Below, one piece after another: positions 53,732 to 64,000 of a stretch of DNA of 64,000 bases. The stretch's first letter is position 1, and each line of letters opens with the position of its first letter. Made by a program: the position numbers and the translations under genes. The notes below the pieces were generated by a model, which saw only the letters and a program-made list of their open reading frames with translations, searched no databases and was not told where the DNA came from. The stretch comes from Octopus sinensis. Lineage: Eukaryota. The stretch lies in the NCBI RefSeq assembly GCF_006345805.1, contig NC_042999.1:57784001-57848000 (forward strand), given 5' to 3'.

Positions 53732-54499
53732 GAAGGTAATTAAGGGGTAACTTCATACTCTGCTAAACTTTTGAACTCGCGAACTGAAGCTTCACCATCA
53801 GAGACTTCAATGACTTGCCTAAGGAAACCTAGTCCCCTAGGGGATGGGAGTCTTGGGTAAGACACTATTTCGATTGCCCTTACTGTTATTAGTAGTTAGT
53901 GCCATTTTTATTTTTTATTTTATTTTTTATTTTATTTTATTTTTTATTTTTATATATTTTTTTAGTTTGTTATATAATGATACCTGATCATCACGATGAT
54001 GTTATTACAAGTGAGTGGTGTCATCCACTTCCATCCATGGCTGTGATCACAGAATTATTTCCTTTCTTTTGTACTGTTATGATCGATCAATAAATAGATC
54101 GATTGATCGATCGATTCGGGCCGGCCCTATTTCAAATACTGGGTCATGTGCATGAAAAGGAGGGAGAAAAGAAAAGGAGGGGCTAAGGAAAAGGAGTAGT
54201 GGCAGTGAGCCATAGAAATAGTAAAGTTTGCGTTTGTCGAAACCCTGCAACAGTTGCAGATCTGGAAGCATCGTTTCCCCGTCCACCCATCTACCCATTT
54301 AAATAGTCGATTCTTCCAGGCATCGACCATCCCATCAATCCACACATCCCAGCTATCCAATCAGTCCATCCATCCATGCATCCATCCATCCATCCATCCA
54401 TCCATCCAATCAGTCAATCCCATCATTCGCTTACTACCTCCTCACCACCCACTTTCCCGTCAACCGTATATAATGATTCTATCATACTTGTTATTCTCT

Positions 54500-54541
54500 A
54501 CTCTCTAACACGGCACACATGTGCGCGCACACACGCACACA

Positions 54542-54577
<36 letters not shown>

Positions 54578-55260
54578 CATGCTTACACGTACACAGACAA
54601 TCGCGCGTGCATACGTATTCACACACATACACACACACATACACATTACACATATACTGAAATACACCCATACTCGAGCATACACATACACACATACGCA
54701 CACGCAATTACACCCATACTTGTACGCACTCTTGCACATATATTTCCATACACATATACACACAGACAGAGACACACACCTGCATACATATTTTCCCGCA
54801 AACAGCATACATTCACGTGTACGCACACTCATTAAACACATAATCAAATACACACACGTATATACACACACACACATTCGAATATGCACACACTCAGTTG
54901 CACTCACACATACTCATACGCACACACATGCACACACAAACATAGGAACACACACACATTAGGCCATACACATATATACATTCACACACAAACATTGGTA
55001 TACACACGCACTTACGTACACTCGCAATAATACTCGCACTCAAATACACATGCGCAATGTACACAAACACATACACACACGCTTCTCGCAATTACATTCA
55101 AGTCACAGACACACAGACACGTGCGCACGCACACACACACACACAACCCGCCCACACATTCATACACACATTCGTACGCGTGCACTCAACTTACACATTC
55201 TTATACACACACACGCACGCACACACACACACACATACACACACACATTATCACATACAT
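54500..55260. repeat. (CA)-rich low-complexity tract
   Basis: Direct reading. Confidence 0.85.
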
Positions 55261-55839
55261 GCGGCACACCTCCCCGTCACTTCCACTTCCTCACATCATC
55301 AAGCGGCGTATTTCTCTACTATCAACATTTATCAATCACAAGATGCAGTTTGGTGTGGAGATCGATAAATCAATTATCGATTATTAACGTCATTATCTAA
55401 ATCCTTCCATTAATGATGGGTACTAAGAAAAAGAGACAGAAAGAGAACGTGTACATGGTTGGGGAGAAAGAAATAGAAAGAGAAAAGGAGAGAACGTGAT
55501 AGACTGATAGACTGATAAATAAGGTAAATAGATTTAGAGAAGGTGGGGGAACGGAGATGGGTGGAGGATATTGTTTACATCGTGAATCTATTTATGTCTA
55601 ATGGGGTTAGTAGGAGAGGTTAGTGCGCACGTGCGTGTGGGAGGAGGCGGTGAAAAGGTGGGGGGAGGGAAGGGAGATGTTTGGTTGGCTCATTGCAGCC
55701 TATTGAAAATCGCCAAATCCCTGCAAACTATGTCACCTAAACAATAACTACGTGTCTAGAACAAAGAGAAGACGGAGAGAGAGAGAGAGAGACAAGGGTG
55801 CATAGAGTAAGACATACACTGAGTATATGTGTGTGTATC

Positions 55840-55878
<39 letters not shown>

Positions 55879-55961
55879 ATGTGTATATATGTATGCATGT
55901 GTGTGTACATATATATATATGTATATGCATGCATGTGTATGTATATATATATATATATGTA

Positions 55962-56003
<42 letters not shown>

Positions 56004-56150
56004 CATGTGTGTATAATTTATATATGTGTGTGTATGTGTGGGGGGAATGTCCCATGCAATGTGCCTACAGAGCACGTTCATCGGTTGCGGCCGGGGTACT
56101 GCACTTTCGTTGCTGGATGTACGTAAGGAATTCCTCGGTGCACGTTGTGC

Positions 56151-56584
56151 GTATTCTAAATGATTAATACGGAAGACAGAGTGTACTGAAATCATCATTT
56201 AGGACAACGATCGTTTTGGCTTACTTCTGCACTGCTCCCTAGCGGGTGGGGAACGATGTAATGGAATCGAACGCACCCCACAGTGTAGAAGAAACCTCCT
56301 GAGGCCATATAACGCGATTCAATGTTATAATCTACTGATGAACTACAAGCACGCATATGAAACCAACATCATCTTGCCACACATATCAGCGAAATGTACA
56401 TCTTATAACACTGAACCGCTCTATGTAACCTGTGGAGGTTTCTTCTGCACTATGGGTGCAAACGATTCTATTATATCGTTCCTCAGCCACTAGGGAGCAG
56501 TGCAGAAGTAAGCCGAAACGATCGTTGTCCTACTAAGTAAAGCCTCCAGTACACTCTGTCTTCCGTATTAATCATTTAGAGTAT
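56151..56584. repeat. ~430-bp imperfect inverted repeat (fold-back)
   Basis: 56151-56299 pairs with 56434-56584; inner stem 56314-56330 pairs with 56403-56419. Confidence 0.9.
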
Positions 56585-56592
56585 ATCTATAT

Positions 56593-57695
<1,103 letters not shown>

Positions 57696-57713
57696 CATAT
57701 ATACATATAAATC

Positions 57714-57796
57714 CAAATTGAGAGAATGGAGCAGGTAAAATATAGGCTACATATGTTTCATAACCTGGATTTTACCTGCTCCATTCCCTCAATTTG
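57714..57796. other. 83-nt hairpin
   Basis: caaattgagagaatggagcaggtaaaat pairs with attttacctgctccattccctcaatttg (27/28). Confidence 0.8.
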
Positions 57797-58189
57797 CTAA
57801 TTAATAAAAAATATAAACCATTTCAAGTTAAAATAAACATAAAACGGTTCTATTTACTTCTGTCATGTGTGTGGGGGAGGTGCGTGTGTATTTTAATGTT
57901 GAGGTTACTTTCGTTCAGTAATATATCTCTCTAGGGATTTTGGAGGGTTTTTCTTTATTTATTTAAGATCTTATTTTGTGAAGAAACCTAGCTTCAAGCA
58001 ACTTTTTACTGTTCAGTTTTTAAACACTATTTTCTAAATCTGGGAAAGGTAAGTAGGGGATGAAATATTGAATTTTGTACCCCCCCCCTACACACACACA
58101 CAAAATTTTAGGAGGTGCAAGTGATTCCACTGCACCCCTTGACCTATAGGCGAGAACCTGGATCTGTGAAACAGTGATTGCCAACCGGA

Positions 58190-58545
58190 GATGAGACATA
58201 GATCCACTACTGCGACCTTGAACGAAAAGAAACAGTTTAAGCATTGGAAACACAAAAATTTTCTGCCCACCAAGAAAATCAAAGTTCGGCTCAGGACAGG
58301 CAAGATTAAGAGCACAATCTTCTACGGCTGGGTGGGGAGGGCACCAGATACCAAGCACAGGTACTTAACATGTTAATGTGCAATGGTGGCTGCCCTGAAA
58401 TATTAAGTACCGATATCCCGCCTGCTTCTTCACGACAATGTACTGGATCACATGGCTCAAATGTCAAAGACTGAAAGATTTGACATTCGTAAATGTGGCT
58501 TTGGAAAGCTGCCTCACCCAGCTTAGTCAACAAACTTTACTCCTG
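58190..58545 (+). mobile_element. Highly degenerate RTE-like remnant
   Basis: TKKIKVRL...STIFYGW resembles the RTE region preceding LLYG.ETW. Confidence 0.4.
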
Positions 58546-58739
58546 TGGTTTTCATCTGCTTTCAAATTGGAAGTACCATTTGACGAGCAAATATGTGAAG
58601 TGATGAATTGGTAGATACGAATTAGAGGGTTGCCTAGAATGTTTCAGTCTTTAGACTTTAGAGTTCAAATCTCACCGAAAACAAATTCCATCATTTCAGA
58701 GTCAATAAGTAATGTACTAGCCAAGTACTGAAATCGATT

Positions 58740-58823
<84 letters not shown>

Positions 58824-59203
58824 ACCTCTGAGTTGGTTACGTAAATAGGTCAAAATGGAAGGTTCACTGGCGGCCCACCAATCCTTTCTCAACAACTTCC
58901 TTACTGCATTGACAACAAGAAAGAAAGATCGCGTAAATATATTAACCACTGTAAAGTATTTTTTTTTAAACTGTGGCTATAAATCTTCGTTTCTTTATTT
59001 CTCATTCCCCCCCCCATTTCTTTTATTTCTTTCAATGACTTAAAAACTATGTCAACGCATAATCAAGTTGCTTAGAATATTATAATTTCCTTCGCCCCAT
59101 CCTACTATTTCTGAGGACCTGAACTAAAAGATTTGCATTCAATTGGCTCCATAGCGTAATGTTATGCTAACCTTTTACTGTTTGTCTATACTTTATATAT
59201 ATA

Positions 59204-60646
59204 TCTCTTATTATAAAAGGCAGATTTTATCTGCCTCCCTTTGTAAGTTATAGAAATCTACAATATAGGATTTTTTCAATTACAATTTACCTAGCATTTT
59301 TAAGAGTAGAATGCATCGGGTCATGCCAGGTCCAGTTTTTAAAATTTAAACTCCAATTAAGCAAAATTTACAGAAAACTCACATTCTGGTGGTATGTCAA
59401 ATGCTTTTCTTAGTCTGGTTTACAGCACACGCAAACGCACACACACAGTGTGCCAACGAATAAAATGAAAGTAAATAGCGACAGAGTGATTTGAGGAAGA
59501 CTAAACTGAAAGTATTTAAACCACTACTCAAAAATAAAAAAACACAGCAAACAGAAACAAATAAATACATAACGATTTACTCCTCACACAATTTCTTCAA
59601 TTAGAATTTACCTAAGATTTTTCAAAGTACTCCATTCGCTCATGCCATAATATATTTCTTTCAATTTCGCCCAATTAAGACAAAATTCGAGAAAACTCAA
59701 TATTTTAACAGTTCACTCCGAAAGCATTGATGTACATGTGTGCGTGCGTGAGTGTGTTGTGTGTGTGTGTGTGTGTGTGTTTGATGGGTTGTGCGACAAG
59801 AAAGTGTGGTGTGTAAGTGAAGTGCTTTTGTTAGTGTGTGTAAAGAGACAGACAGAGTGAAAGACAGAAATAACTGAAGTTTTCACTATGATATCATCAC
59901 GTGCGAAAAAATTCGAAGGGTTTTGAACAATTGAGATACAGATGTCACGCCTGTATTGAAACCATTGCTAAGCTGCCGTAATTGCTTAATTAAGACTTTG
60001 TTTAAATTGAAAGGGGCAAATATGTGACGAGGTTGAAAAAAATACCCCAGAAAAAACAATGTACTGCTGGTATTTATATAATTCACTACTATTTTGCTAC
60101 AATGTCATGAAAAAGAAAAAAATTTAGGTATGTAAATCGAATTCGCCACCCCTTTTCCCCGTTCGCGTTTGTGTAAAAAAAAAATTATATTAAGTTTTAA
60201 AAATTATTTACTTTGTTCAAAAAATATTAATATTAATTAATTTTCAAGAATTATTTAATTTTATTCTGTAAATAGTAATTAATTCATTTATCTGTAAATC
60301 CGCGAGGTTGTTACTCAGGCACCTACAATGGTAACCTTCAACTAACACTATCTCCTCCGAGACCCTGCGGCGCAAGTTGACCAAAATTGAGAGTATGGAG
60401 AAGAAGGGTTGCTCTTCCTTCCGTAGAACATAAAATTCAAATCGGACCATGTTAACACCAAAAAATATTTACATCAAAAAGATGCTTTTTTCTATGAAAA
60501 TCCCTATTTTTTACGATTTTTTCACTGCTGTGTCGCCACTTTTCGGTGTATTTCGACCAGAAAAATGTTCACAAAATTTTTACTTTTCAAAATTACAATT
60601 CCAGCGGGTCGAAACAAACCCGAGCAACGCCGGGCGATACTGCTAG
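59204..60646 (+). mobile_element. Longer non-autonomous Helitron sharing its 3' ~330 bp with 25960-26349
   Basis: A|TC start, identical terminal hairpin plus CTAG|T; 60320-60646 is homologous to the short copy. Confidence 0.7.
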
Positions 60647-60802
60647 TATATATAAAAGGCGGTGCTCCGCATGGACTGCAGTCAAATGACTGAAACAAGT
60701 AAAATAGTAAAATAGTAAAAAGAGTATATATATAATAAGTATTATATATATAATATATATATAGGTATATATATATATATATATATAGATATAATATATA
60801 TA

Positions 60803-60947
60803 TAGGCGCCGGCGTGGCTGTTTGGTGAGAGAAGCTTGCTTCAACCATATAGTTCTGGTTCAGTCCCACTGCGTGGCACCTTGGGCAAGTGTCTTCTACT
60901 ATAGCCTCGGGTTGACCAAAGCGTTCTGAAGGGATTTGGTAGACAGA
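60803..60947 (+). mobile_element. SINE family A 5' half, followed by a SINE B insertion
   Basis: Family A head up to ggtagacagaa. Confidence 0.85.
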
Positions 60948-61180
60948 AAGGCAGCGAGCTGGCAGAAACATTAGCACGCCGGGCGAAATGCTTAGCGGTA
61001 TTTCGTCTGCCGCTACGTTCTGAGTTCAAATTCCGCCGAGGTCGACTTTGCATTTCATCCCTTCGGGGTCGATTAAATAAGTACCAGTTACGCATTGGGG
61101 TCGATATGATCGACTTAATCCGTTTGTCTGTCTTTGTTTGTCCTCTCTGTGTGTAGCCCCTTGCGGGCAGTAAAGAAATA
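60948..61180 (+). mobile_element. Full-length SINE family B
   Basis: Family B sequence, tail gtaaagaaata. Confidence 0.92.
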
Positions 61181-61188
61181 ATAAACGC

Positions 61189-61245
<57 letters not shown>

Positions 61246-61259
61246 ATTGTGTGTGTGTG

Positions 61260-61290
<31 letters not shown>

Positions 61291-62570
61291 ATGCAGGAAT
61301 GTGGTAGCAACTTAAATGAGCATTGCCTGCAGACAATATAATGTTACACGTAAAATAGAATATAAGTATTAACCAGCAAACATGTATCAGGTCAGATTAT
61401 GACATATTTATGTTTATATAACACAGAGAGAGAAACGAATGCATAAAAGAGTATAAATCTCAGGAGATCCATATAAGTTTCGCTAAGGGATGTTCATAAT
61501 AGTTACGATTTACAATAGTAGCTTCCAGAAATAGGCATAAGATAAGTCCGTAGTATTGATATTACAGTGTTTGGCTCTTAGATGACGGTCGCTACAGGTA
61601 AAAACCTAAAAAACTGAAAGAGAAGAAAAAAGGTATGCAGATTTTACCTTACAGCTGTTTCAAAAATAGTTGCAGTTCTCTACAAACTACCTGCATCCAA
61701 CGTTATAGTAGCAGCCTATTCTATTCCATACAAATATTCAAGGGCACAACACAACACAAACGCGCGCGTAAATGACTCAAGGATGAAGGTTTTCACGTCC
61801 GACACCAAACTTTGATAGGTGTATGTAGTATGTATGCGTATGAGCATGTTCGCACATGTGTTAAAAGAGGAGTTATTATCTTAAAGCGCATTCAAATAAA
61901 TAATAGTAAGAAAATATTTGGGTTGGGCGGGAAGAACGTGCTCGGTTACTTTCGACATCAGTTACCTCGGGAATGTCTGTTTCATTCAATCTCCTGGAAG
62001 ACAGACAAACAAACAAACAGAGAGCGCGTGGTTTATAGATGCTTGTGAAAAATGCGATGAACTACAGGTACTGTTTTAGCTTATTTTCACATCAGTACAT
62101 TCGTTTTGCGTTTGTAGATACATTGACTGAAGTACTGCGATAAATTTTCATGGTTACGTTTAATAAACATACATTTAACCTAGCTGTGCAAATAGTATCC
62201 ATGGAAACTTGGTCCGAATGTTTGCATCAAAGTGGAATCTGATGAAAGTATTAAACAGACCACTCGGCTACGTCGCCACAATTTATATTAAACCAAACCA
62301 CCCCTCGCAAACATTACTGTTCTTTCGCAGTCCTTTTGTCTGAGAGGCTTTTTGGAAAAATTCTGTCAATATGTATTGTATTGATCGCATATATGTAAAA
62401 TAAATATCAATCGCCGAAGATCTTTTTTAAATCAATAAATGATCAAAACTATTAGCTTTCAGTTTCGTTAGAAATACTCATACAGCTTTTGTCAGATTCA
62501 ATGTTTGACTTACGAATATGCATACACATATACAGACAAATAAACAGACAGGCACACTGACTGACAGACG

Positions 62571-62699
<129 letters not shown>

Positions 62700-62918
62700 G
62701 CGGGTTATGCATACATATATATACATACAAGCATATAACATGCATAATATGAATTTATAAATTTATAGACAAAAGAGATACATCATATACACACACTCAC
62801 ATACACACACACATATATATTTATATATATACATATTAACATATTTATACATATTAATATATATATATATATATATATAATATATATATATATATAGTAT
62901 ATAATATAATATATATAG

Positions 62919-62957
<39 letters not shown>

Positions 62958-62973
62958 CCACCACACACATATA

Positions 62974-64000
62974 GATTGATTGATTGATTGATGATTCCAG
63001 TTTCAGCTCATGGCTGTGGCCATGCTGGGGCACCGCATTTGTGTTGCTACTGGGTTTCACTTCATGGAGGCTTTCTAGCAACTGCTATTTGGTGCATGAG
63101 AGAGTTCGATGCAGCTGCCCTCATCTGCCCCTCCTGCCGTGAAGTTGGTTCATCTGGGACACCTGACAGGAAGAGATCCAGCTCCATTTTTAAAGACATC
63201 GTATCCACCCATGCAGGTCTCTCAGGTTCATCGGGAGGATATGAAGAGCTGTGGGCCTCGGAAGCCCAGGCTATCACAGAATCTTGTCCTACATCTTGAT
63301 GGCAAGTTTGGAGTCCTAGCACCACGCAGTGGGCGCCCAGTTCTGGCGTTTGCGTAACTCTCGATGCAAAGTTCAGGACACTTCCCTCCAGGATCTTCCA
63401 GATGTATATTAGGCATATCTTTCCCGCCTACGCTCCAGGGAATATAATTTAATCTCTTGAGTCTTTCCCAGTAGCTTACATTCTGCATAGAGGCTATCTT
63501 CTTCGTGTAGCTTCGTTGATCGCCTCAAGTTCTGTGATCAACTTGACACTGGATGGTGACCATAGCTGAGAGCAATAGTCAAAGTGACTTAGGACAAGTG
63601 TCTTCCAGAGGACCATCATGGTTTCTTGTTCTCTTGTTCTAGGTTCTAAGAATCCATCCAGCCAGCCCCGTCTGCATTTCACTGTCAGTTTAGCAACATG
63701 TACGTGAAAGGTCGCGTCATCACTCATGTGAATACCCAGGTCCGCACTGATTGTGCCTCTGGGATTGCAATCCCTCCGGGTCAGGTATTCCTTGGGTATT
63801 GCATTCAGTTTTGCATGCTGATAGTATAAAGCTTGAAACTTTTCAGCATTGAACTGCATGCTATTTTTTCAGCCACTTGTATATTTCGTCCAGCTCATAT
63901 TGCAGGTGCCTAGTGTCTTCAGGGTTGATGTATTGCCTGTGAAAACTTTGTATCATTCTGCATAACGTGTGATCGTGGCTCTCCGCGTGGCTGAGGGCAT
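62974..64000 (-). mobile_element. Degenerate CR1-clade LINE with intact 3' end and (AATC)n tail; runs off the window
   Basis: MQFNAEKFQ, DLGIHMSDD, LVLSHFDYCSQLWSP, SYWERLKRL; 3' UTR ends gcggtgccccagcatggccacagccatgagctgaaac. Confidence 0.88.

Noticed and set aside
56335-56365. CTGATGA...GAAAC inside the fold-back loop
   Set aside because: No stem II between the motifs.
58017-58048. Plus-strand micro-exon candidate (FKHYFLNLGK, donor AAG|GTAAGT)
   Set aside because: No partner exons identified; expected by chance in AT-rich DNA.

Overview
A repeat-dominated, AT-rich eukaryotic window with no recognisable intact host gene, no true tRNA/rRNA gene and no CRISPR array. The SINE, LINE and microsatellite content looks like an octopus-type cephalopod genome (inference from memory of such repeats, not from a search). 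It holds four tRNA-headed SINE families (called A-D here), dead fragments of CR1-, RTE-, R4/Dong- and Tx1-clade LINEs, a deleted mariner, several MITEs, two non-autonomous Helitrons, a probable solo LTR, many microsatellites and a 100-N scaffold gap. Nearly all ORFs in the supplied track are microsatellite artefacts or retroelement remnants. The best signals are: (1) a Tx1-clade LINE whose two copies both sit inside (ATCT)n arrays; (2) a 44-nt 3' tail shared by that Tx1 LINE and SINE B, and a separate tail shared by SINE A and a CR1 LINE; (3) a SINE B trimer with fixed junctions inside one 17-bp TSD; (4) an RTE+SINE composite inside one TSD; (5) a ~430-nt fold-back. One strong minus-strand micro-exon candidate suggests the window may be intronic. 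All alignments were done by eye, and boundaries of degenerate elements are approximate.
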